64,000 nucleotides of DNA from Acholeplasmataceae bacterium (GTDB lineage Bacteria; Bacillota_I; Bacilli_A; Acholeplasmatales; Acholeplasmataceae). Made by a program: the position numbers and the translations under genes. The notes under the pieces were generated by a model. That model saw only the letters and a list, made by a program, of their open reading frames with translations. It was not told the DNA's origin and did not search any database. Where the stretch lies: positions 1,152,001-1,216,000 of the forward strand of contig OY763415.1 of NCBI GenBank assembly GCA_963667565.1. Reading direction: 5' to 3'. The number at the start of each line of letters is the position of its first letter. Within the stretch, counting starts at the first letter, position 1. Positions 52,832 through 62,387 of this stretch are shown here, in pieces.

Positions 52832-53458
52832 TTATACCTCTCCTTCATACGATTTAGCCCAAGTTCTAAGAATCCAAATCATTAAACCTAAAATAAAGAA
52901 TCCACCTGGGGCAATCTTCATAGATGCCCAAGTAGTAAATCCATCAGGCATGACTTGATAACCTAAAATGGTACCAAATGCTAATGGTTCACGAATCAAT
53001 GCAACAAGCACTAAGACGAGCATGTATCCCATACCACTTGCAAATCCATCAACAAGTGAGTATCTCCATGGGTTTTTAACAGCAAACGCTTCTGCTCTAC
53101 CCATAACAATACAGTTTGTAATAATTAAACCAACATATGCTCCTAGTGAATTATAAATATCAGGAAAATATGCTTGTAAGAATTTTTGAACGAAAATGGT
53201 GAATGTAGAAATAATGACCATATATGTTACAATTCTTAGTTTTGATGGAATGTAGTTTCTAAACATAGAAACAAACATTGAACTGATCATCGTAACAAAT
53301 GTCACACCTAAACCCATCGCAATCGCATTTTCTACAGTATTACTGATGGCAAGTGCACTACATAATCCAAGTGCAGCAACATAAATAGGATTGTTGGTCT
53401 TCATACCACTTTTTATAACGTTATACCATTTTGTATATTTGACTCTTATAAAGTTCAT
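52832..53458 (-). CDS. nqrD: NqrD/RnfE family subunit (Cys intact)
   Basis: LGLCSALA, GLIITNCIVMGRAEAFA, APGGFF. Confidence 0.85.
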   Translation of the reverse strand: MNFIRVKYTKWYNVIKSGMKTNNPIYVAALGLCSALAISNTVENAIAMGLGVTFVTMISSMFVSMFRNYIPSKLRIVTYMVIISTFTIFVQKFLQAYFPDIYNSLGAYVGLIITNCIVMGRAEAFAVKNPWRYSLVDGFASGMGYMLVLVLVALIREPLAFGTILGYQVMPDGFTTWASMKIAPGGFFILGLMIWILRTWAKSYEGEV

Positions 53459-53463
53459 ATGAT

Positions 53464-54081
53464 TTAACCTCTACTTTCCCATAAATCTTTATAAATGAAA
53501 TAACTTTCATTTAAGATACGCATAAATGCATTTGATGTATTTGTTGCTCCAGCGATTTGATCCACTTCATTAGGAAGATTACCTGTTGTTCCAAGAGGAC
53601 CAATCACGATTGGTGTTTCAGATGTATCATCAAACTCTAATCCTACAAATTGATCTAAAAATTCTCTTAATACAACTTTACCACCTAAACCTGGAGTTTC
53701 TCCTTGTTGTAAAATGGTGATGTCAACGATGGTTTTAAAATCATCTTCAATCGTTAAGACCCCTACAATATCATTGATATATCCACTTTCAGCAAAAATA
53801 CCAAAAATGAATGAAATATTATTTGTTTGATTATCGATGTATAACTTAACATCTTCACCATGCACTTGATAATCTTCAACTGTAATTTCTGAATTAAAAA
53901 CATCAAACAATGTCTCTTCAGTATAAGTTGCATCATTGTGATTTAAAATAGCTTGATATAAGGCTTTATTTTCGTTTGCCTCAATTCTTGCAGAAAATAA
54001 TAAATCCATACCGACAAATGCGAGTGATGTGATTAAACCTAAAATACCAACAAAGATAACTAATTGTATGTATTGTTTCAT
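53464..54081 (-). CDS. nqrC: NqrC/RnfG FMN-binding subunit
   Basis: N-terminal TM, ETPGLGG, VDQIAGATNTS flavinylation motif. Confidence 0.85.
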   Translation of the reverse strand: MKQYIQLVIFVGILGLITSLAFVGMDLLFSARIEANENKALYQAILNHNDATYTEETLFDVFNSEITVEDYQVHGEDVKLYIDNQTNNISFIFGIFAESGYINDIVGVLTIEDDFKTIVDITILQQGETPGLGGKVVLREFLDQFVGLEFDDTSETPIVIGPLGTTGNLPNEVDQIAGATNTSNAFMRILNESYFIYKDLWESRG

Positions 54082-55013
54082 GCTTCACTCACCTCCTCTG
54101 GACTTTTCTCAAGCATTGGTGAGACAGCATTCATAATGATGATGGCATAGACAACACCTTCTGATGCATCTGCTAAACCTCTAATCACCACTGTAATTAA
54201 AGCAATACCAATACCATATAATATTTTCCCTCTTGATGTCTGTGGTCCGGATACAGGATCTGTAGCAACAAAGAATGCAGCAAACATTAATTGTCCCAAG
54301 AAAAGTGAGAAAAATGCATCATGGAATTGATCAGGATAAAACTTACCTAAAATAACAGTGAATATAGCTGCTGATAATAAAATAGTTAGTGGAATTCGCC
54401 AATCTGCAATCTTTAAGAATAACAAGATAGCCCCTACAACCCATACGCCTAACATGACCGTTGAGCCTATTGTATTAGCATATTGTCCAAGGAGTAATCC
54501 AAATAAATGATCGGTTGTTCCTAAAAATGTCATATCAGAAATATTTAAAGACTGCATCACATCTCCTGTTACAGGATCAATGAAAGTTTGTCCAACTTCT
54601 GTTGGAAACGTCACTAATAAAAATAAATATCCAACAAGTGCGGGATTGAAAATATTTCTTCCAAGTCCACCAAACACACTTTTACCAAAAAATGAAGCAA
54701 ATCCCGCTCCTACCATCACCATATAAAGTGGCAATTGAGGTGGCATTAAAAGTGTAAACATCAGTGCAGTGACAAAAGCTCCATAGATATCTTTACCATA
54801 ATCAAGTTTTCTAACTTTTGCAAAAATAAATTCTACAAATACTGATGTTGCAATAGCAACGAGCCCCATGATAAGTACATAGTATGTATATACAAGTGAA
54901 CCAACCACGAGTAAAACAGCAAGTAGCACAGTCATAATGATTAAATTTTTATGACATACCCTTGGTGTTTGTGCTTTAATTTCTTTATCGTTTGTTTCGA
55001 TTGTTTTCATCAT
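54078..55013 (-). CDS. NqrB/RnfD family membrane subunit
   Basis: FGGLGRNIFNPAL, FFVATDPVSGP, EGVVYAIIIMN. Confidence 0.85.
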   Translation of the reverse strand: MMKTIETNDKEIKAQTPRVCHKNLIIMTVLLAVLLVVGSLVYTYYVLIMGLVAIATSVFVEFIFAKVRKLDYGKDIYGAFVTALMFTLLMPPQLPLYMVMVGAGFASFFGKSVFGGLGRNIFNPALVGYLFLLVTFPTEVGQTFIDPVTGDVMQSLNISDMTFLGTTDHLFGLLLGQYANTIGSTVMLGVWVVGAILLFLKIADWRIPLTILLSAAIFTVILGKFYPDQFHDAFFSLFLGQLMFAAFFVATDPVSGPQTSRGKILYGIGIALITVVIRGLADASEGVVYAIIIMNAVSPMLEKSPEEVSEA

Positions 55014-55020
55014 ATCCTCC

Positions 55021-55623
55021 TTATACGCTTAATCCAAATAAGATTAAAGCAATGATTGAAAGGATTATAAGCTGAATGGGTAATCCTTTAAAACCTTTTG
55101 GAACGGGTGCTTGGTGTAGATGCTTTTCAATAAATGTTAATAATGTTAAAACAAAACCATAACCGATAGCTGCAAATAAACTTAAATAAAAACTATTTTG
55201 AATGGTATCAACACTGCTGATATTAATTAAAAGCACACCTAAAACAATGGTATTTGATACAAGTTGTGTCGTAAATGAACCAATAAGTGCATAGAGTTTA
55301 GGAAATAATCTCTTAATAAGTACATTAAATATTACAATCACGACTGTTGATGTGACAACAAATACAAATGTTTGGAAATATGTAAAATCTTTGACGACTT
55401 CACCTAATTCATTAGTACCATAAAGTAATGTATGATAAATCCAAAATCCTACCATACTTACAAGTGGTAAAACAAAAATTAAAGATAAACTTAATTTGAG
55501 TGCATTTTTAGGTTTTTCTTCTGTCGTTACTAAAGATTCAAGTCCTAAAAATGAGAATAATAATACGTTATTGATAAATAGTGTAGCAACAATCAATGTT
55601 GCAAGCGAAGTAAATTCAATCAT
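55021..55623 (-). CDS. Divergent RnfA/NqrE family subunit lacking Cys
   Basis: NNVLLFSFLGL, LFPKLY..G, VPKGFKGLPI. Confidence 0.78.
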   Translation of the reverse strand: MIEFTSLATLIVATLFINNVLLFSFLGLESLVTTEEKPKNALKLSLSLIFVLPLVSMVGFWIYHTLLYGTNELGEVVKDFTYFQTFVFVVTSTVVIVIFNVLIKRLFPKLYALIGSFTTQLVSNTIVLGVLLINISSVDTIQNSFYLSLFAAIGYGFVLTLLTFIEKHLHQAPVPKGFKGLPIQLIILSIIALILFGLSV

Positions 55624-56246
55624 TTAGACTCACCTCTTTGTTGAAAAGTTTTAAAAATACCTAATAATAGTCCAACAATGAGTAATGCACCAAATGCTGT
55701 GTTTGCTAAACTAAATGAATAGACAGGATCAAATAAACGCATAGGAATATTTAATAATGTAATACTTCCAGTGGTTGCGATGACTCTAATGATTGTAACG
55801 ATCACTAAAGCTCCTAAAAACCCAACACCGTATGCAAATCCATCAACAAGACTGTGAAGCGCATTGTGTTCATTGGCATATGTTCTTGCACGTTGTAACA
55901 CTAAGCCACTGACTGCAGTTAATGGGAGGTAAATACCTAAATCTTGATAAAGACCTAAATTTCTTACTTGCATAATCATTTCTGCAACACTGACTAAAAA
56001 TGCAAGTATCAAGATAATAAATACATTTAACATTTCTGGTGATATTTTTGATCTAAATAATGCCACAAACAAATTAACAATGATCATGATGATTAAAACT
56101 GTAAATCCTAATGCAAAAGCTTTTTCTAATGTATCTGAAACTGCTAAGACTGGTGTTAAAGATAAAGCTAATACAAAGAGGGGATTGTTTTTAATTAAGC
56201 CTTGATTCAAAATGTGCTTAAATTCTTCTTTAAAATCATTGAACAT
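55620..56246 (-). CDS. Divergent RnfE/NqrD family subunit lacking Cys
   Basis: GLIKNNPLFVL, PVLAVS, LGIYLPL, SLVDG, GALL. Confidence 0.78.
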   Translation of the reverse strand: MFNDFKEEFKHILNQGLIKNNPLFVLALSLTPVLAVSDTLEKAFALGFTVLIIMIIVNLFVALFRSKISPEMLNVFIILILAFLVSVAEMIMQVRNLGLYQDLGIYLPLTAVSGLVLQRARTYANEHNALHSLVDGFAYGVGFLGALVIVTIIRVIATTGSITLLNIPMRLFDPVYSFSLANTAFGALLIVGLLLGIFKTFQQRGESK

Positions 56247-57750
56247 AAAGACTTACCTCCTCATTGACATAGTTATTTCTTACATCAGCAACCATTTGCT
56301 CTAATGCAGGGAATGTGAAATCTGATGTCACACCTGCAATTTCATCAATACTAAAGTTTAATACATCTTGATTAATGATGGTATCAATATAAGCTTCTGT
56401 CATATATTTACCACCAATACTTTCAGTTTCATTTTGTGAAACGACAACATATCCAACGATAGTATCTGTATAAGGATCAACAGCGATGACCACATGAATT
56501 GGACCGTTATAACCATCAGCAACTAAATCATAGATGAGAACAGTTAATGTTTGATCATCATTATTCATAACTTCATAAACGCCATTAATCGTATCATAAG
56601 CACCAACATTATAATCTCTTGTTGGCGTTAAATTTTGTGTGTATAAATCTTTACTATATGTATCTTCGAAATATTGTAAGACGTCGACTTTTGGAACTCC
56701 AATGTTTGGACTGTAATGATTCCATGCCAACTGTATACCCGCAATTAAAACAAAGACTGTTAAAATGTAATTCATAACTTTTCTTACGCTAGCTGTTTGA
56801 TGACTTAAATCTTTTCCATCTTCATCTGTAAACCATTTACATTGATTGAAAAATGGAACAAATAAGAATGAAAATAAACTTGCAAATACAACTGCTTCAT
56901 TTTGACCAACAATGATAAATACGTTAACCATAAGTGCTAAAATAATGGCAAATAATATTTTAGAACTTCTACTTGTTGGTATAAGCACTTGGTCAAACAA
57001 GACAAATACAGTAACAAATAAAAATGGCACTTGCATCATGTGTTCATATAATCCACTAGATGAAATCATTGATTGATAAAATACAACAAATAAAAATATA
57101 AATAACACTGGTGTGAGTGATTGTTTAAAATTTTTAATCATGAGTATAAGTGCAATCACTCCAAAGATAAATACACCACTTGACAATGCAAGACCAAAGC
57201 CTTGACTAAAATCATAATTGACTGAAAAATTAACAAAATTTGAAAACAAGTTTGTTTGTGCTAAAGCTGTAAATAGTTGATTATCAAATGTTTGTGCACC
57301 AATCGCATTTGCAAACCCTAACTTAAGTAATAAATATCCAAATAATGCTGGTGAAAATACTTGAAACACATATCCACCAAAGAGTATTTTAGTAATAAAT
57401 ACAGCAAGGGCAGCTACAATTGCAACAACCACAATTGGTGTATTAAATGGAACTAGAATTGAAAGTGATAGCGCAGTGATTAATGCATAATCATTTTTAA
57501 CAAATGTCTTTGCATCATTTCTACTTAACTTTCGATCATGGGAATAAAATAAGATTTCTAGCTCTTTAGTGATAAAAACTGCTACTGCAATATTTAAAAC
57601 ATGTTTAATCCCAAAAATAAACCCTTCTTGCAACACGGTCATTAATACAAGGTAAGATAAGACAATCAAGAGCGCTGTTTGTATGAATTTAAGTGCTTTT
57701 GGATCAATGAGTAATCCTCGATCAAAAAGTTTTCTTGTTTTAGCTTCCAT
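56236..57750 (-). CDS. Fusion of divergent RnfD/NqrB membrane domain and RnfG-like FMN-binding domain
   Basis: LFGG..QVFSPALFG, then GYNGPI, QNETESIGG, IDEIAGVT. Confidence 0.75.
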   Translation of the reverse strand: MEAKTRKLFDRGLLIDPKALKFIQTALLIVLSYLVLMTVLQEGFIFGIKHVLNIAVAVFITKELEILFYSHDRKLSRNDAKTFVKNDYALITALSLSILVPFNTPIVVVAIVAALAVFITKILFGGYVFQVFSPALFGYLLLKLGFANAIGAQTFDNQLFTALAQTNLFSNFVNFSVNYDFSQGFGLALSSGVFIFGVIALILMIKNFKQSLTPVLFIFLFVVFYQSMISSSGLYEHMMQVPFLFVTVFVLFDQVLIPTSRSSKILFAIILALMVNVFIIVGQNEAVVFASLFSFLFVPFFNQCKWFTDEDGKDLSHQTASVRKVMNYILTVFVLIAGIQLAWNHYSPNIGVPKVDVLQYFEDTYSKDLYTQNLTPTRDYNVGAYDTINGVYEVMNNDDQTLTVLIYDLVADGYNGPIHVVIAVDPYTDTIVGYVVVSQNETESIGGKYMTEAYIDTIINQDVLNFSIDEIAGVTSDFTFPALEQMVADVRNNYVNEEVSLYVQ

Positions 57751-58771
57751 GATTTTCCTTATCCTTTCTAAAGAAATATAAATATTTATGACCTTGGTAA
57801 AGTAGGACAACAGGTAAAACAATTAAGACAACAACACTCATGACAACTAGCGCTGTCTCTGAAGCCATCGCATCTGTGATAAGTATACCTTCACTAAATG
57901 CTACTTTAGAAAATAACACATATGGGTATGTCCCAAGAAAACCACTCACAAAGAATAGTAATAAACCAAGAACAAATGAACCATATAACCATGGTGCTTT
58001 CTTTAAGTGTCCAAATAGTGTCATTAAAATAAAAAACAATAAACTTGCTAGTGGTAATGCTAATAAATATGGATTTGCTGAGAACAATTGATTTGAAACA
58101 ATAGAAACAACATTATTATTAATTCCCATTAAAATGATTGCGAATAAAAATGGAACTGCATAAATCAAACCATATTTTTTAATCAACTTAAATGCTTTAT
58201 CACTTAACTGTTCTAATCCATTAAATTTTATCCATACTGAACCCATAATTAGAGCAAGCACAATCATGAGCACACCACCGCTTAATGAAGCGGTTGTAAA
58301 AATAGCGAAAATATTAGTACCCATAGAACCATTTTCATATGGAAAACCTGTAAATAAGTTAACGATATAGACACCGAGTACAAACATGAGCAACATACCT
58401 GAAATACTCCAAGCTAGACTCATATATTTTAACCATTTTGGGTGATCATCTTTAAATAATAATTCAACACTTAAACCTCTAAAGATTAATGCTATTAAAA
58501 GTAAAAATGCAGGGACATAAATACCACTAAAGAGTGAACCAAATGCAGCAGGAAATGCAGCAAATGTTAACCCAACAGCGACAATCAACCATACTTCAAT
58601 GCCGTCAGAATACAATCCTGATGTAAGTTGAAGTTTTCTTTTTTCTTCTTTTGTTGGTGCAATAAATATATTTAAAATACCTACACCAATCGTTGGAATT
58701 TCTTGAACGAGATAAATAAAATATGCAAGTCCAATAAGTCCAAACGCTAAAATCCCTAATATTTCATGCAT
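57740..58771 (-). CDS. cydB: Cytochrome bd oxidase subunit II
   Basis: GVGIL, DGIEVWL, FAAFP, FRGLSVE; follows cydA. Confidence 0.88.
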   Translation of the reverse strand: MHEILGILAFGLIGLAYFIYLVQEIPTIGVGILNIFIAPTKEEKRKLQLTSGLYSDGIEVWLIVAVGLTFAAFPAAFGSLFSGIYVPAFLLLIALIFRGLSVELLFKDDHPKWLKYMSLAWSISGMLLMFVLGVYIVNLFTGFPYENGSMGTNIFAIFTTASLSGGVLMIVLALIMGSVWIKFNGLEQLSDKAFKLIKKYGLIYAVPFLFAIILMGINNNVVSIVSNQLFSANPYLLALPLASLLFFILMTLFGHLKKAPWLYGSFVLGLLLFFVSGFLGTYPYVLFSKVAFSEGILITDAMASETALVVMSVVVLIVLPVVLLYQGHKYLYFFRKDKENHGS

Positions 58772-59940
58772 CAGTATTCTCCTTCAAAACCTTTTTTAAT
58801 GGCTTTTATAGATAAGTAGTAATCCATGAAAAATAATAAGACATAAAATACTACAAGTAAGATGATACTAAACCACACTTGTGATACAGGCACTTGTGAA
58901 ATACCTTCACTGACCTTCATCATATTGTAAATAATCCAAGGTTGACGTCCCATCTCAGCAACCATCCATCCAGTGATAATAGCAATATATGGAAGTGGAA
59001 TCATCCAAAGTGTAATACGTTTAAGATTTGGTGATTCACTTATTTTATTAAAGAATAAGACAACATATAATCCAAAAGCGATAAATAATCCACCTAAAAT
59101 CGTCATCGTATGAAATGCACCTTTGACAACAATAGGGAGCCCTGCACTTAATTCTGGCATATCTGAAACACCATTGGTGATCATATTAAGTTTATCGGGT
59201 TGAACAGTAGCAATAAAATTCATATATACATAACCTGTGATTGGCATTAAAACTGCTGTGATGAGAATGACCCAAGCAGCTATTTTAGCGCTAATCTTAA
59301 AGATTTCTGTATTGTACTTCTTTTGAATATGATACATCGATACGCCAAGAACAATAAATCCTGTGAGTAAGATTGCAGATAGGTTATTGTGAAGTAACAT
59401 ATACCATGAATAAGGATTGAAAATAAGATCAGCAAAACTAGAAAAGACAACTCTGTTTTCTGCTGCAATCCAAGTTGCACCAACTGGATTTTGCATAAAT
59501 CCATTTGCTGATATAATCCATAAAGCTGAAAGCATTACACCAATAAAGATCATCCATACAGTAACAAGTCTAAATGTTTTAGAAATTTTATCTTTTCTAA
59601 AAGCCCAAATACCAGAGAATGTAGCTTCTAAAAAGAATGCTAATAATGCTTCAATAACAAGTGGTGATCCAAAAACATCACCCATCGCTCTTGCATACTC
59701 TGCCCAATTTGTGCCAAATTGAACAGTCATAACAATACCTGTTACAATACCAAAAGCATAGTTGATGATAAATAAATTACCAAAGAATTCTGATAATTTC
59801 TTATATCTTAGATCATCAGATTTATTGTATTTGTGTTCAAATATGAGAACGAAAATAATGAGTCCTATTGTAAATGGTACAAATAGGAAATGAAATGCAA
59901 CTGTAAATGCAAATTGCAAACGACTTAAAACCTCTAACAT
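58771..59940 (-). CDS. cydA: Cytochrome bd oxidase subunit I (very short, 389 aa)
   Basis: RLQFA..AFHFLFVP, QFGTNW, E...AFFLE, ANGFMQNP, QPDK, GWMVAEMGRQPW. Confidence 0.93.
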   Translation of the reverse strand: MLEVLSRLQFAFTVAFHFLFVPFTIGLIIFVLIFEHKYNKSDDLRYKKLSEFFGNLFIINYAFGIVTGIVMTVQFGTNWAEYARAMGDVFGSPLVIEALLAFFLEATFSGIWAFRKDKISKTFRLVTVWMIFIGVMLSALWIISANGFMQNPVGATWIAAENRVVFSSFADLIFNPYSWYMLLHNNLSAILLTGFIVLGVSMYHIQKKYNTEIFKISAKIAAWVILITAVLMPITGYVYMNFIATVQPDKLNMITNGVSDMPELSAGLPIVVKGAFHTMTILGGLFIAFGLYVVLFFNKISESPNLKRITLWMIPLPYIAIITGWMVAEMGRQPWIIYNMMKVSEGISQVPVSQVWFSIILLVVFYVLLFFMDYYLSIKAIKKGFEGEY

Positions 59941-60203
59941 AAACATTCCTCCATATACTTTTATTTCATAAAAGCGTTTAAAAATCATTTATATTTTATC
60001 ATATGGATTTTTATTTGACCTTCAAGACACTTTTAGAATCAATGGCTTTGTTTCTAAAATATACTTTTTATAATAAAGTTTGGTTTTATAGTTTATTTTA
60101 TTTATTTTTTTAACTATGTGTGTCTATGCACGCGACACGCTTGTTCAATATTTAAAGTTTATTATCTATTATTTTTCATTTTATGATTAAAAAAAGAAGC
60201 ATA

Positions 60204-60731
60204 TTAAGCTTCTTCTTTTGTATGTCTTATTTTGTTTAATTGCTTTTTTACTATAGGCGGTAGATACAATAAATAGATATATATTATTATTAGGTATTTT
60301 AAGATCATTGGAATCTCAATGCTTGTAAAATAATTAATAATCAGAATAATAAATGATACTAGCATTGTGATATATTTAACCATATGTTTTTTAGGTTTTA
60401 ATAAAAGTGAAAGCACTGGGACAAAAAAATATATGACACTAGCCGATTCAAAATCACCCGTATTCAATCCTATAAGCAAATAAATCAATATGGCTAATAA
60501 AGGTAATGTATTAAATATACGATCTTTAAATGATCCAAATAAGAATAAAAATGAAATTGGCCAAGATAACCATACAACTATTATACTTAAATAATTTTGA
60601 TGAATAAATAAGGATATGGATATCACAAATAATATCATTGGAAATAAAAATATAATCAACATTTTCAGTGTTTTTTGAATGGCTTGATTTTTAATGGTTG
60701 TAGCATTAAATTTAGAAAATAGATTCTTCAC
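60204..60731 (-). CDS. Hypothetical multi-pass membrane protein
   Basis: 175-aa hydrophobic ORF, GTG start. Confidence 0.7.
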   Translation of the reverse strand: MKNLFSKFNATTIKNQAIQKTLKMLIIFLFPMILFVISISLFIHQNYLSIIVVWLSWPISFLFLFGSFKDRIFNTLPLLAILIYLLIGLNTGDFESASVIYFFVPVLSLLLKPKKHMVKYITMLVSFIILIINYFTSIEIPMILKYLIIIYIYLLYLPPIVKKQLNKIRHTKEEA

Positions 60732-60825
60732 GACATTGAACCTCTTTATATTAGTATTGGAACATTATTATATCATATACAATTAAACATAAAAAAAAGA
60801 AGCAAATTGCTTCTGTTTTTATAAA

Positions 60826-60899
60826 TGGCAGGCCCAGCTGGATTTGAACCAACGATGAGGGAGTCAAAGTCCCTTGCCTTACCCCTTGGCTATGGGCCT
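60826..60899 (-). tRNA. tRNA-Gln (TTG)
   Basis: AGGGA-CTTTGAC-TCCCT anticodon arm, GGTTCAAATCC, CCA. Confidence 0.95.
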
Positions 60900-61114
60900 A
60901 TATAAATATAGAATATTACATCAAATTGATTTAATATCTCAATTCGCATAAATGATTTTAGCATATACAAAAAATAATTGCAACCTTTAACGATTATTTT
61001 TTTGCTCTTTTTATGATTAATTCATTTTGTTTTGCAAATAAAAAAAAACAAGACTAGATATATGGATTTAATCTAGTCTTTTTAAAAAATATAAAAACTG
61101 AAAGAATAATGAAA

Positions 61115-61191
61115 TGGGGCGGCTGAAGGGAGTTGAACCCTCCAGTGCCGGAGCCACAATCCGGTGCGTTAACCGCTTCGCCACAGCCGCC
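61115..61191 (-). tRNA. tRNA-His (GTG)
   Basis: Encoded G-1, CCGGA-TTGTGGC-TCCGG arm, C73-CCA. Confidence 0.95.
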
Positions 61192-61310
61192 ATCTTAATT
61201 GCGCAGTTACTATTATACAATATATTTTGTTTTTGTAAAGTGAAATTGTGTAATTTTTAGGATTTTGTTATGAAACAAAATGTTTTTTTGGTATCATAGT
61301 TTAGAAGGAT

Positions 61311-62321
61311 GTGATGATATTGAAATGGGTAGGAAGATTTCTTTTCATGATGGTTGTCTTATTTGCTGCCTTATATGTAGTCCAATTGGGTTACATTTCA
61401 AGAAATAATGAGTATTACACACAACAAGTAAAAAATAATTGGAATGATAATCAAGTCTTTTTAGAAGGTGTATCAACACTTCAATACCTAGATTATTTCC
61501 AGGAAGCACCTATATATACATTTAACGCAAACACTGAAAGTACAACCTTTGATGTGAATATCTATGCTATAGGAATCACTTATAACGACGCGTTTTATAA
61601 TGGGTACATGATTTTTGTGAATAATGTTGTCATTTACGAAAACGATGAGATCGTTCAAAATCCAATATTAATGATCACCGTAAATGTAACTGCTGATACC
61701 ATTCAAGTAGATAACACTTATCAAAGTCAAGGGTCTGTTTTATTTGATCCACTCTCAGATTCATTTTATGGAAATTCTCCAGTGTTAATGTTATTTGATG
61801 TTGCTGGCAATTTAATTAATGATCAAGGAACTGATGATACTGCTGATGATGTCTATGCTGATTTAAGTAAAATAACGATTGATTATTCAAATCGTACGGT
61901 TGAAGATGACAATACATACTTGTTTAATAGTGAAACAACAGATGGCAAATCATTATTCGTAGCTTCAACAAATCCAATCGAAGATCCTGCATTATATACT
62001 GATGATACTTTATCCATAACTGCTAGTGATTATCAATTATCAGATCAATTTATTGGTGATACTTTATCAGATCAAGATGTCGTTGCTTTAGGTTTAAATA
62101 CGACTCATGGTGATTTAACAGATTATAATTGGCAAATTTGGCGTACAATGATCATTTATGTTTTTGCAGTACTTGTGATTACTTACTTCTTATTCTTCCA
62201 TAAACATGTAAGATTAAGATTTAAAAACAAACAATTAGACACAAGTTCTAGTTTAGGACAAGCAAAAGTGGAACCAATCTTTAAAGATGCACCACCAGAT
62301 GATAATGAAGATGGAAAATAA
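61311..62321 (+). CDS. Hypothetical protein with N- and C-terminal TM and an acidic extracellular domain
   Basis: 336-aa ORF, two TM segments. Confidence 0.75.
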   Translation: MMILKWVGRFLFMMVVLFAALYVVQLGYISRNNEYYTQQVKNNWNDNQVFLEGVSTLQYLDYFQEAPIYTFNANTESTTFDVNIYAIGITYNDAFYNGYMIFVNNVVIYENDEIVQNPILMITVNVTADTIQVDNTYQSQGSVLFDPLSDSFYGNSPVLMLFDVAGNLINDQGTDDTADDVYADLSKITIDYSNRTVEDDNTYLFNSETTDGKSLFVASTNPIEDPALYTDDTLSITASDYQLSDQFIGDTLSDQDVVALGLNTTHGDLTDYNWQIWRTMIIYVFAVLVITYFLFFHKHVRLRFKNKQLDTSSSLGQAKVEPIFKDAPPDDNEDGK

Positions 62322-62387
62322 TTCCATCTTTTTTATTTGTTTCGTTGCAATTAAAAAAAATATTTGCTATACTTATACATGCCGTTT

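Noticed and set aside
60115..60142. GC-richer hairpin GTGTC...GACAC upstream of cydA
   Set aside because: A single short stem with no recognisable riboswitch or terminator context
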